A stretch of 64,000 nt of DNA from Pirellulales bacterium (GCA_019745975.1 JAIESQ010000013.1:86780-150779); one strand, 5' to 3'; shown: positions 54,281 through 62,933, counted from the first letter of the stretch. Translations and numbers: made by a program. The notes: generated by a model not told the origin, from the sequence alone.

Positions 54281-54912
54281 CCGTGATTACTCGGTGCGTC
54301 GACGACCACCAGATGTGGCATCGTTCTGTCGACCTGAAGTGGTATCGCATTCTTTCCGTACCACTCAGCCGCGCTCGACCAAAACCAATCGTCTGGACGC
54401 GAAACCAGACCTCGTTGGACGGGGTTGTTATGAATGTACTCCAGCAAATCGTGAGCCGTCCGCGGCTCGTACACATTCCGATCCTGACCCGGGCCCGCCT
54501 GCCAAAAGCGGCGATAAGTGCGGCTCCGAGTTCGTACAGTCAATCTCTCGAGGAACCGCGATTGATGTTCGACGAGCCATGCAAGGGCCCTCTGTCCAAC
54601 CGGTCGTTTGATATCGGCGAGAATTCCTGAGACCTTTTCGTCGGACTTGCGAGGCCACACCAGCAGATGGACGTGCTCGGGCATAATGACCCAACCCCAC
54701 AAGTGGAAGCCGTGTTTGGCTCGCGCTTCCTCAATCGACTCGACGACCATCCATCGCGTGCGATCCTTGCTAAGCAAAGGCCAGCGTTGATAGCACGAAA
54801 AAGTAAGGAAATGCGCATGGCCAAGTTCGTCGTAGTGACGAATTGTTTTGCGAATTCCACGTAATGGTTTCGTGATTGGTCGCATAGCCGTAGCCACCGA
54901 ATAGCGCTCCAT
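54247..54912 (-). CDS. REP-associated tyrosine transposase (RAYT; IS200/IS605-like Y1 HUH transposase)
   Basis: The HUH motif is PEHVHLLVW and the catalytic Tyr region is LLEYIHNNPVQRGLV. The gene is flanked by REP palindromes, and its 3' end runs into the left palindrome. Confidence 0.85.
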   Translation of the reverse strand: MERYSVATAMRPITKPLRGIRKTIRHYDELGHAHFLTFSCYQRWPLLSKDRTRWMVVESIEEARAKHGFHLWGWVIMPEHVHLLVWPRKSDEKVSGILADIKRPVGQRALAWLVEHQSRFLERLTVRTRSRTYRRFWQAGPGQDRNVYEPRTAHDLLEYIHNNPVQRGLVSRPDDWFWSSAAEWYGKNAIPLQVDRTMPHLVVVDAPSNHGTAWQRQCAPR

Positions 54913-54944
54913 CGTGCCGCGGATTCAGCGCTCAAATCGCAAAG

Positions 54945-55023
54945 CACTGCTTCTACATAGCAGTGGCCAGGCCGAGGGTAATCCAACCCATTCGATCTCT
55001 GCTACTACGAAGCAGTGGCACAC
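54945..55023. repeat. REP units on the other RAYT flank (family 1)
   Basis: CACTGC-TTCTACATA-GCAGTG lies at 54945-54965. A degenerate unit ends in GAAGCAGTGGCACAC (to 55023). Confidence 0.8.
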
Positions 55024-55094
55024 ATGACCAACGTGCTTGCCTGCGTCGCGCAATGCGCCCTCGGTACACACTTGACCACCTCGCGCCTTTCGTC

Positions 55095-57899
55095 TCAATC
55101 CACGTACAAGAACTCATTTGAGCTCAGCAGCACCTGGCAGAGGTTCGTCAGCGACTGGAGCTCGGGATCGGCCAGGGCCGGGTCTTTCGACACGGCATCG
55201 TTGCCGGCCGCTTGTTTCGCGGCGTCGTCCCCGCTGGCCGCGGCACTGACGGCGGCCGCCACTTCGGTGCGCCGCGCCGCCAGATACTCAGTTTGCCGCG
55301 TGCAGAACTCCGTGGCGGACTTCAGCTCGTCTTCGCGCGGCTCGCGCAGGTAGGCGATCTGCCACGCCCTGCGGATCGCAGCCGTACGGTCGCCGGCCGA
55401 CTCGAATCGGACACGCCGGGCAAATCGGCCGGCCTCGGCCAGGATGAAATCGCTGTTCAACAGCGCAAGTCCTTGCGGCGCGACCGTCGACGCCGGTCGC
55501 CGATCGCAGTTGGTCTCCATCACCGGAGCGTCGAAGGTGCGGAGCATCGCCAGCGGTCGGCTGCGTCGAACCTCGACATAGACGCTGCGCCGCGATTCTT
55601 CGCCGCCGACAAAGGCCGCCAGGCTTGTGAGCGGCGCGGAAGGCTGCGCCGCCGACGCGACGACGATCTGACCGACCCCGTCTTCGCTCACCGGTACCGA
55701 CGGGCCAAACATCTTGGGATTGAGCGCGCCGGAGGCGGCCAGAATGCGATCGCGGATCGCTTCGGCCTCGAGCCGGCGGACCGACATCCGCCCAAGCCAG
55801 CGATTCTCAGGATCGGCTTCTCCCTTGGCCGGCTCGATTGCCGAACTCTGCCGGTAGGCCGTCGACGTCATCAACAGCTTGTGCAAACGCTTGAGCTGCC
55901 AGCCGCGGGCGACCAGCTCCTCGGCCAGCCAATCCAACAGCGCCGGATGGGTCGGACGTTCGCCAAGCGTGCCAAAATCGCTCGGGGTGCCGACGAGCCC
56001 TCGGCCAAAGTGATGCTGCCACAAGCGGTTGACCGCCACGCGGCCAACGAGCGGATGACGGCCGCTGGTGAGCCACCGGGCATACGCCAGGCGGCGGCCG
56101 GTCGTCGGCTGCCCCGCTGATTGCACGGGGATTTCGATCGACGAGCTCTCGGTCAGGCAGATCGACAATTCGCCCGGCGGCACTTCGGCCTGCGGCTGCT
56201 GGAAGTCGCCGCGATGGAACAGTCGCGTGACGGGGGGAGTGCGCCCCGGCACCTCGGTAAGCGCCATCACAAAATCTTCGACCGGTTTTTTGGCGCGGAC
56301 CTCGCCGATGCGGGCGTCGTACTTCTTAAGTTCGTCGGCCGCCGCCTGGTTGTACTGGTAGAGCACGCCAGGGTTGATGTTCACGCTCGGATTGTCGGCC
56401 AGCAGTTTGACCTGCTCGGGCCCGCGTTGGTCGGCGGGCGTTTGATAGGCGATCCGCAGGGGCTCGCGCATTTCCGGCGGGTACTTCTCGAGTTCCTTCT
56501 CGAGCGCCGCGGCCAGGTACTCTGCTTCTTTGGCGGCGCGCTCGGCGGCGATCTTGCCTGCTTCGGCCTCGACCTCGGCGGCCTTGGCGCGATCGGCGTC
56601 GGTAAACAGCGAAATGTTGCGCTCTGGCCGCGAGCGCCACGCCTGCCAGTCGTACGCCGGCTCGAACAACGCCCGCATCCGGTAGTAGTCGGTTTGCAGA
56701 ATCGGATCGTAGCGATGGTCATGGCACTGCGCACAGCCGACCGAGAGGGCCAACAGCGACGTCGAGACGATTTTGATCGTGTCGGCCACGGTTTGATTGC
56801 GGGCCAGGTTCTCGTCGATGCCACCGGTGCCGGTGCCGTCGGCCGCCATCCGCAGATAGCCGGTGGCCACAAGCTTGTCTTGAGCCTCGACCGAGAGGTT
56901 CTGATACGGCGGCGCGATCAGTTCATCGCCTGCCAACTGCTCGACGACAAACTCGTTGAAGGGTTTGTCGGAGTTGAACGCGCGAATCACGTAGTCGCGA
57001 TACTTGTAGGCATAAGGCCGCGGGCGGTCCTCGTCGACGTAGCCGTCCGACTCGGAGTAGCCGGCCACGTCGAGCCAGTGCCGCCCCCAGCGTTCGCCGT
57101 AGTGGGGCGACGCCAATAGCCGATCGATCAAGCGCTCGTAGGCGTCGGGGGCCGCGTCTGCCAAGAAGGTGGCCAGCTCATCGGCGCTGGGGGGCAAGCC
57201 GGTCAGATCGAAGCACGCCCGCTTAAAGAGCGTGAGTCTGTCGGCCGGTGGATTGAAGTTCAGCCCTTGCGCTTCGAGCTCGGCCAGCAGAAACGCGTCG
57301 ATCGGCGAGCGCACGCTGGCGGCGTCGCTAACCGCCGGCACAGCCGGACGCGCGACCGGCTGAAACGCCCAGAACTGGCGATCCTCGGGCGTGATCAGCG
57401 AGCCGGCGGGTTCAGCGGGCTCGGGGCGCTTGGTCGGCGCTCCGGCGTCGATCCAGCGGCCGATCGTTTCGACTTCCTCAGCCGACAGCTTGGCATCGGT
57501 CGGCGGCATCTCGCCGGCGTGCGGCCGCAGATAGACGAGGCTCTCCTCGCGGCTGCCGGGCTTGAGCGCCGAGCCACTCTCGCCACCGTGTTCGATCAGG
57601 CGCCGCAGCCGCAGATCGAGCCCGGCTTTGGCCGGCCCTTCGGCGCCGTGGCAGTGGAAGCAATGGGCCTTGAGAATCGGTCGGATGTGCTCTTCGTAGG
57701 TGAGTGCGGCGGCTGGAGCTGGGCCGGGCGAATCGTCTCCAACCGCGGCAGGCAGCCATGTCGCCGCCACCAACAACGCCACGGAGGCGCTTCTACCATG
57801 CAAGAAACACTTTCCGGCGAGGCGCAGTGACATGCCTACCTTCCCGCGAACTGGAGGGTTGTTTGCCGCAAAGCTCTCCCGGTACGAGTTGCCCAGCAA
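55095..57899 (-). CDS. PSCyt1 + DUF1549 + DUF1553 protein (planctomycete cytochrome-c-domain giant)
   Basis: The N-terminal heme-binding motif is CFHCHG with PSCyt context. The long DUF1549/DUF1553-type body includes CAQCHDHRYDP. Confidence 0.85.
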   Translation of the reverse strand: MLGNSYRESFAANNPPVRGKVGMSLRLAGKCFLHGRSASVALLVAATWLPAAVGDDSPGPAPAAALTYEEHIRPILKAHCFHCHGAEGPAKAGLDLRLRRLIEHGGESGSALKPGSREESLVYLRPHAGEMPPTDAKLSAEEVETIGRWIDAGAPTKRPEPAEPAGSLITPEDRQFWAFQPVARPAVPAVSDAASVRSPIDAFLLAELEAQGLNFNPPADRLTLFKRACFDLTGLPPSADELATFLADAAPDAYERLIDRLLASPHYGERWGRHWLDVAGYSESDGYVDEDRPRPYAYKYRDYVIRAFNSDKPFNEFVVEQLAGDELIAPPYQNLSVEAQDKLVATGYLRMAADGTGTGGIDENLARNQTVADTIKIVSTSLLALSVGCAQCHDHRYDPILQTDYYRMRALFEPAYDWQAWRSRPERNISLFTDADRAKAAEVEAEAGKIAAERAAKEAEYLAAALEKELEKYPPEMREPLRIAYQTPADQRGPEQVKLLADNPSVNINPGVLYQYNQAAADELKKYDARIGEVRAKKPVEDFVMALTEVPGRTPPVTRLFHRGDFQQPQAEVPPGELSICLTESSSIEIPVQSAGQPTTGRRLAYARWLTSGRHPLVGRVAVNRLWQHHFGRGLVGTPSDFGTLGERPTHPALLDWLAEELVARGWQLKRLHKLLMTSTAYRQSSAIEPAKGEADPENRWLGRMSVRRLEAEAIRDRILAASGALNPKMFGPSVPVSEDGVGQIVVASAAQPSAPLTSLAAFVGGEESRRSVYVEVRRSRPLAMLRTFDAPVMETNCDRRPASTVAPQGLALLNSDFILAEAGRFARRVRFESAGDRTAAIRRAWQIAYLREPREDELKSATEFCTRQTEYLAARRTEVAAAVSAAASGDDAAKQAAGNDAVSKDPALADPELQSLTNLCQVLLSSNEFLYVD

Positions 57900-58054
57900 T
57901 GGGGCGACCGTGACCCAGGAAGTTAGCGGCAGGCAAGGAGCGGTCGCCGGCGCGATCGCCCATCAACGCATCCATTGCCGTTGATGCGATGATTATGACA
58001 GTTGCCGCCAGCGGCGGCAATCTGCAGGGGGTCTTGGCCCAAACGGCCCTCCCG

Positions 58055-58450
58055 CTAGGGAGCCAGCCAGTCTTCGACTTCCAGCTCGGGCACGCGGGCG
58101 AAATCGGCCGTGTTGTGCGTGACCAATGTTAGCCCATGCACTCGCGCCGTCGCGGCGATCATCAAATCAACCGGTGGAATGACGATGCCCCGCCGGGACA
58201 GCGAGCCTTTGATCCGACCGAACATCTCAGCGCAGGCTTCGTCGAATGCCAGAACGTGCAACGAGCCGACCAATTCGGCGATTAAGATGCGATGCTTCGC
58301 GGAGTTGCGCCGGTAGCCCCATACGTGCAACTCGGCAAGCGATACGGTTGACAAGTAGAGCCGGCCGCCAGACTGATTGAACCGATGTGCCAGCGCATAA
58401 TCACGCTTGAGATGATGCGAGCAGATGTCGGTATCGAGCAAGTAGCTCAT
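58055..58450 (-). CDS. vapC: PIN-domain toxin VapC
   Basis: The sequence contains MSYLLDTDICS...AELHVW...DLMIAATA...LVTHNTADF (PIN acidic residues). An ATGA overlap links it to the upstream antitoxin gene. Confidence 0.85.
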   Translation of the reverse strand: MSYLLDTDICSHHLKRDYALAHRFNQSGGRLYLSTVSLAELHVWGYRRNSAKHRILIAELVGSLHVLAFDEACAEMFGRIKGSLSRRGIVIPPVDLMIAATARVHGLTLVTHNTADFARVPELEVEDWLAP

Positions 58451-58710
58451 TCGTCGAGCGCATCAAGCGAACTACGTCGTTCAAGCTTCCGTTCCTCGTA
58501 GATCTCCTTGAGGATGCGGTCGTCCTCCTCGGTCCAGTGATCCGCCAGCGCGCCGGCGGTGCGCGTCACCCAATTGGCATCCGTCGTTGGCTTGGCCGGG
58601 GCGCGCAGGACGATCTCCACCTGCTGCCCATCGGGCAAGCCCGCGTCTTCGGCTAGCTCGATCGTGCGGCCGCGAATCACGCCGTGCAGAATCTGATTCA
58701 CCTGGCTCAT
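58447..58710 (-). CDS. VapB-type antitoxin (AF2212/DUF104-like N-terminus)
   Basis: MSQVNQILHGVIRGRTIELAEDAGLPDGQQVEIVL follows the DUF104-like pattern. Its stop overlaps the vapC start. Confidence 0.7.
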   Translation of the reverse strand: MSQVNQILHGVIRGRTIELAEDAGLPDGQQVEIVLRAPAKPTTDANWVTRTAGALADHWTEEDDRILKEIYEERKLERRSSLDALDE

Positions 58711-58792
58711 CTGGCACTCGATCTCCAATGAGAAATGGCGCTACGCTGGCAACAGGCTATTCTACCCAATATGGCAATCCGATTGTGATTGC

Positions 58793-59032
58793 TCACTCAT
58801 CGAGCTCCCTGATGGTCGACAGCTTGCGCTCGCCCAGAATTTCGTCAAGGTACCGATCCATTTCTGGGTAGTCAGCCAGCATGCCGGCGGCCGTTCGACG
58901 AGGCGACTCGCGTGGCGGCTCGACTTGCAGCACCACGGCAACCTGCTGACCGTCGGGCAGGCCCGCATCTTCGGCCAGCTCGATCGTGCGGCCGCGAATC
59001 ACGCCGTGCAGAATCTGGTTCACCTGGCTCAT
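58793..59032 (-). CDS. second antitoxin paralog without its own toxin
   Basis: The N-terminal 31 aa, MSQVNQILHGVIRGRTIELAEDAGLPDGQQV, are identical to the neighbouring antitoxin. The C-terminus is related but diverged. Confidence 0.65.
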   Translation of the reverse strand: MSQVNQILHGVIRGRTIELAEDAGLPDGQQVAVVLQVEPPRESPRRTAAGMLADYPEMDRYLDEILGERKLSTIRELDE

Positions 59033-59153
59033 CGGTTTCCCCATCCCAAATCGGCTTGGCGCAATTCAAGAACACGCCGCTCAATTATAACGCGGGGACA
59101 GGCGTGAAATCACCGTGAGACAATCGTGAGACGGCCGCAATCCGCCCGCGCCG

Positions 59154-60626
59154 CTACATCCCCGGCGCGATCGCCAGGCAGATTTCCAGCAGCCGGTTCG
59201 GGCTGATGTTGGGATTGCGCTTCTTGGCCTGGCCGATCAGAGCGCCGGCCGCCTTGGTAGTGCCCTGCTTGATGTCGGCCAGAATCTTGGGATTGGCGGC
59301 CAACAGCTCGCGCGCGAGCGCTTCCAGCTCGCTTTCATCGACGCGCTCGATCCCCTTCTCGCGCAGCACGTCGGCCGCCGACTTGCCCGACGAGAGCATC
59401 TCGACGAACACCACCTCGCGGGCACGGGTGTGGTCGATATCTCCCTTTTTGACTAGCGCGATCAGCTCGGCCAATCGCGCGGCCGAGACAGGGAACTTGT
59501 CGATCGACAGGTCGCGGGCATTGAGCTCGCGGAGCACGTCCTGCTGCAACCAGTTGGCGGCCGCCTTGCCGTCGCCGGCGCCATCGGCCAGCGCGATGAA
59601 GTACGCGACCAACTCGCGACCCTGGTTCACCAGCACATCGCTGTCGTAAGGCGTGATGCCGTAGGTCGACTCGAGTCGCGTGCGCAGCGCCGCCGGCAGC
59701 TCGCCCAACTCGGCCCGCACCTGCTCGACTTCGGCCGCGGTCACGGTGGCCGGCACGAGGTCGGGCTCGGGAAAGTAGCGGTAGTCGCTCGACTCTTCCT
59801 TGTGTCGCTGGCCGCGCGTGACATTGGCCTGATCGTCCCAGCCGCGCGTCTGCTTGGGCACCTGGCCGAGCCGCTGGCCGGTCTCCTGCCACACCTGCCA
59901 TTGCCGCTCGGCTTCGTAAGCCAACGCGCGTTCGACCGCGCGAAAGCTGTTCATGTTCTTGATTTCGACGATCGGCGTCGGCACGTTGCCATCAGGCGTG
60001 TGCACGTGCAGGTTCACGTTGGCGTCAACGCGCAGGCTCCCCTCCTGCATGTTGCAATCGGAAACGCCAAGATACGTGAGCAGCAACTTGAGCTCAGTGA
60101 GAAACGCCTTGGCCTCGGCAGGGCTGCGCATGTCGGGCTTGCTGACGATCTCCAGCAAAGGCGTGCCGGTGCGGTTGAGGTCGATGCGGCTGTCGGCCTG
60201 GCCGGCGGCTTCGTCGTGCATGCTCTTGCCGGCGTCTTCTTCAAGGTGCGCGCGAATGATGCCGACGCGGCGCGGCTCGATCTTCCCCTTGGGGTCGCTG
60301 ATGTCCAACCAGCCTTCGCTCGAAAAAGGCAAGTCGTACTGGCTGATCTGGTAGCCCTTCGGCAGGTCGGGGTAGTAGTAGTTCTTGCGATCCCATTTGG
60401 TGAACGGCGCGATCTGGCAATTGAGGGCCACGGCCGTCCGCAGCCCCAGCTCGAACGCCCGGCGGTTCATCACCGGCAACACGCCCGGCATGCCGATGCA
60501 CACCTGGCACGTCTGTGTGTTTGGCGGCGCGCCGAAGCGCGTGCTGCACCCGCAGAACAGCTTGCTCGCGGTGGCTAGCTGCACGTGAATCTCAAGGCCG
60601 ATGATCGTGGTGTACGGTGCGGTCAC
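59154..60626 (-). CDS. gatB: Asp-tRNA(Asn)/Glu-tRNA(Gln) amidotransferase subunit B
   Basis: The sequence contains IGLEIHVQL...KLFCGC...PGVLPV...YYYPDLPKGYQISQ and a C-terminal GatB_Yqey domain. Confidence 0.95.
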   Translation of the reverse strand: MTAPYTTIIGLEIHVQLATASKLFCGCSTRFGAPPNTQTCQVCIGMPGVLPVMNRRAFELGLRTAVALNCQIAPFTKWDRKNYYYPDLPKGYQISQYDLPFSSEGWLDISDPKGKIEPRRVGIIRAHLEEDAGKSMHDEAAGQADSRIDLNRTGTPLLEIVSKPDMRSPAEAKAFLTELKLLLTYLGVSDCNMQEGSLRVDANVNLHVHTPDGNVPTPIVEIKNMNSFRAVERALAYEAERQWQVWQETGQRLGQVPKQTRGWDDQANVTRGQRHKEESSDYRYFPEPDLVPATVTAAEVEQVRAELGELPAALRTRLESTYGITPYDSDVLVNQGRELVAYFIALADGAGDGKAAANWLQQDVLRELNARDLSIDKFPVSAARLAELIALVKKGDIDHTRAREVVFVEMLSSGKSAADVLREKGIERVDESELEALARELLAANPKILADIKQGTTKAAGALIGQAKKRNPNISPNRLLEICLAIAPGM

Positions 60627-60644
60627 GATCGACTCACTCGGGCT

Positions 60645-60708
60645 CTGTAGCCGGGGTCTGCGACCCCGGATTGACGGTCAATCTCCGGCCTCAATGAGGC
60701 CGGCTACA
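60645..60708. repeat. palindromic repeat family 2, copy 2
   Basis: CTGTAGCCGGGGTCTGCGACCCCGG...CCGGCC-TCAATGA-GGCCGGCTACA lies in the gatA-gatB spacer. Confidence 0.75.
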
Positions 60709-60724
60709 ATTCTTCAATTAGTTG

Positions 60725-62278
60725 CTACGCCAACGTCGGCGCGCGGCGGTGCCAGTCGGTTTCGCGCTGGTACATGGCGGCGGCGCGCAGCAGCCTCTCT
60801 TCTTCGAACGGCGGCGCCTGCAACTGCAAGCCGATCGGCAAGCCGTTGCTCTGCCCACAGGGGACGACGATGCCGCCGACGCCGGCCAGGTTCGCGCTCA
60901 CGGTGTACAAGTCGACCAGATACATCGCCAGCGGGTCGTCGCTCTTCTCGCCGATCTTGAAGGCCGGCGTGCTCGTGACCGGGCCAACGATTAAGTCAAC
61001 ATCCTTGAACGCCGTGTCGTAATCCTGGCGGATCAGCCGGCGGACTTTGAGCGCCTTGAGATAGTAGGCGTCGTAGTAACCGGCCGACAGCGCGTAGGTG
61101 CCGAGCATGATGCGGCGCTTGACCTCGGGGCCGAACCCTTCGGCCCGGCTTTGCCGGTACATGCGCACGAGCGGTGTGTCCAGTTGGGCGACGGCTGCTT
61201 CGGCCGCCGCGCGCCCCGCGCTACCGTGCTCAAGCGCCGCGCGCTCGGCCTCGAGCGCTTCGCTCATTATTCTGACATCGGTGCGATGGCCATAGTGCAC
61301 GCCATCGTAACGGGCCAGGTTGCTCGACGCTTCGCTCGGCGCGATCACGTAGTAGCAGGCGACGCCGTACTTGCCGTGCGGGAGCGAGATATCGACGACC
61401 TTTGCCCCCAGCGACTGGTAGACCTTGATCGCCTCGCGCACCGCGCGCTCCACTTCGGCGTCGAGCCCGGCGGCGAAATGTTCGCGGGCAATCCCCAGCC
61501 GCAGCCCCGCGAGCGGTTTGTTCACCGATTTGCTGTAGGCCGGTACCTCCTTGGGGACCGAAGTGCTGTCGCGCGGGTCGTGGCCGGCGATGACTTCCAG
61601 CAAGAGTGCGGCGTCCTCGGCCGATTGGGCCAGCGGGCCGATCTGATCTAAGCTGCTGGCGAACGCGACCAGACCATAGCGGCTCACGCGACCGTACGTC
61701 GGCTTCAGACCGGTGACACCGCACAAGCCGGCCGGCTGGCGGATTGAGCCACCGGTGTCGGTGCCGATCGACAGCGGGACCATCCGCGCGGCCACGCAGG
61801 CCGCCGCGCCGCCGCTCGAACCGCCGGCGATCCGCGTCGTGTCCCACGGATTGCACGTGGGGCCAAACGCGGAGTTCTCGGTCGAGCCTCCCATCGCAAA
61901 TTCGTCGAGATTCGTGCGCCCCAAGAGCACGCCATCGGCCGCTTTGATCTTTTCGATCACCGCGGCGTCATACGGGGGGCGAAAGTTCTCCAGCATCCGC
62001 GAGCCGCAGGTACACAGCTCGTCGCGGTCGCAGAGCAAGTCCTTGATGGCAACCGGCAACCCGCCGAGTGGGCCGAGCTTATCGCCCCGCGCGCGGCGCT
62101 CGTCGATCGCCTTGGCTTGCGCCAGGGCGCGCTCGCTGTCGACTCGCAGGAAGGCGTGTACCGCGCCATCGTGCCGCTCGATCTGCTCCAGACACGCGCG
62201 GACTAGCTCCGCGCTCGACAGCCGACCGGCCGCCAGGTCGGCGAGCAACTCGGTGGCGGTTTTTTCTAAGAGGGTCAT
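60725..62278 (-). CDS. gatA: Glu-tRNA(Gln) amidotransferase subunit A
   Basis: The amidase signature is GGSSGGSAAAVA-like (GGSSGGAAACVA) with LPVAIKD. The start is MTLLEKTATEL at 62278; the upstream 73 codons of the track ORF were rejected. Confidence 0.95.
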   Translation of the reverse strand: MTLLEKTATELLADLAAGRLSSAELVRACLEQIERHDGAVHAFLRVDSERALAQAKAIDERRARGDKLGPLGGLPVAIKDLLCDRDELCTCGSRMLENFRPPYDAAVIEKIKAADGVLLGRTNLDEFAMGGSTENSAFGPTCNPWDTTRIAGGSSGGAAACVAARMVPLSIGTDTGGSIRQPAGLCGVTGLKPTYGRVSRYGLVAFASSLDQIGPLAQSAEDAALLLEVIAGHDPRDSTSVPKEVPAYSKSVNKPLAGLRLGIAREHFAAGLDAEVERAVREAIKVYQSLGAKVVDISLPHGKYGVACYYVIAPSEASSNLARYDGVHYGHRTDVRIMSEALEAERAALEHGSAGRAAAEAAVAQLDTPLVRMYRQSRAEGFGPEVKRRIMLGTYALSAGYYDAYYLKALKVRRLIRQDYDTAFKDVDLIVGPVTSTPAFKIGEKSDDPLAMYLVDLYTVSANLAGVGGIVVPCGQSNGLPIGLQLQAPPFEEERLLRAAAMYQRETDWHRRAPTLA

Positions 62279-62396
62279 TTCAGTAGGGTGCGTGAAACGC
62301 GCCGATTTTCTCGCCCGTGCTCCGTACGCCTCGTGTTGCGTAAGAGTGGTGTGCTGCGCACACCCTACAGACTCCCGCGTCGTCTCGGCAGCGGTC

Positions 62397-62687
62397 CTAT
62401 TCTCCCAACACCGCCGGCACCAGATAGCACTCGCGGTCGTGCTGCGGGGCATTGGCCAAGGCTTGCTCGCGCGGCAGGCTCGGCCGCACCACGTCATCGC
62501 GAAACACGTTGGCCAGCTCGATCGCGTGAGCCATCGGTTGCACGCCTTCAGTATCGAGCTCGGCCAGCAGGTTCATGTAATCGACGACCTGGCCAAGCTG
62601 CACGGTCATCCGCTCCAGCTCGGCGGGCGTGAGCAGCAGCCGCCCCAGCAGCGAGACCTTTTCGACGTCGGCGCGAGTGAGAGACAT
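62397..62687 (-). CDS. gatC: Glu-tRNA(Gln) amidotransferase subunit C
   Basis: This 96-aa protein is GatC-like throughout: MSLTRADVEKVSLLGRLLLTPAELERMTVQLGQVVDYMNLLAELDT. Confidence 0.9.
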   Translation of the reverse strand: MSLTRADVEKVSLLGRLLLTPAELERMTVQLGQVVDYMNLLAELDTEGVQPMAHAIELANVFRDDVVRPSLPREQALANAPQHDRECYLVPAVLGE

Positions 62688-62791
62688 GGGACACCTACTT
62701 ACGAATCGGCGGGCCAGGAACCCACAAGCTGCGCGAGCCTTGGCAAGCGGCTACGTCATCTTGCCAAACGTCACGCTGGAATACGAAGTCG

Positions 62792-62907
62792 ATCCACAGA
62801 AGGCACAGAGGAACGCAGAAGCCAAGATGGCGACAGAAGAATGACTGTAGGCCGAACGGTTATCGGTGCGGCCTCGAATTCTGTGTTCTTCTGTGCTTTC
62901 TGTGGAC
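62792..62907. repeat. CACAGAA-rich inverted repeat family 3, copy 2
   Basis: ATCCACAGAAGGCACAGAGGAACGCAGAAGCC...GAATTCTGTGTTCTTCTGTGCTTTCTGTGGAC. The arms match at about 27 of 32 positions. Confidence 0.7.
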
Positions 62908-62933
62908 CGGTATTTCTGCAACTTCCTCGCGAC

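Noticed and set aside
57961-58019. Hairpins CATCAACG-N10-CGTTGATG and TTGCCGCC-AGC-GGCGGCAA downstream of vapC
   Set aside because: They are plausible terminator-like structures, but neither strand has a following T-run and they are not repeated elsewhere. Support is too weak to call.
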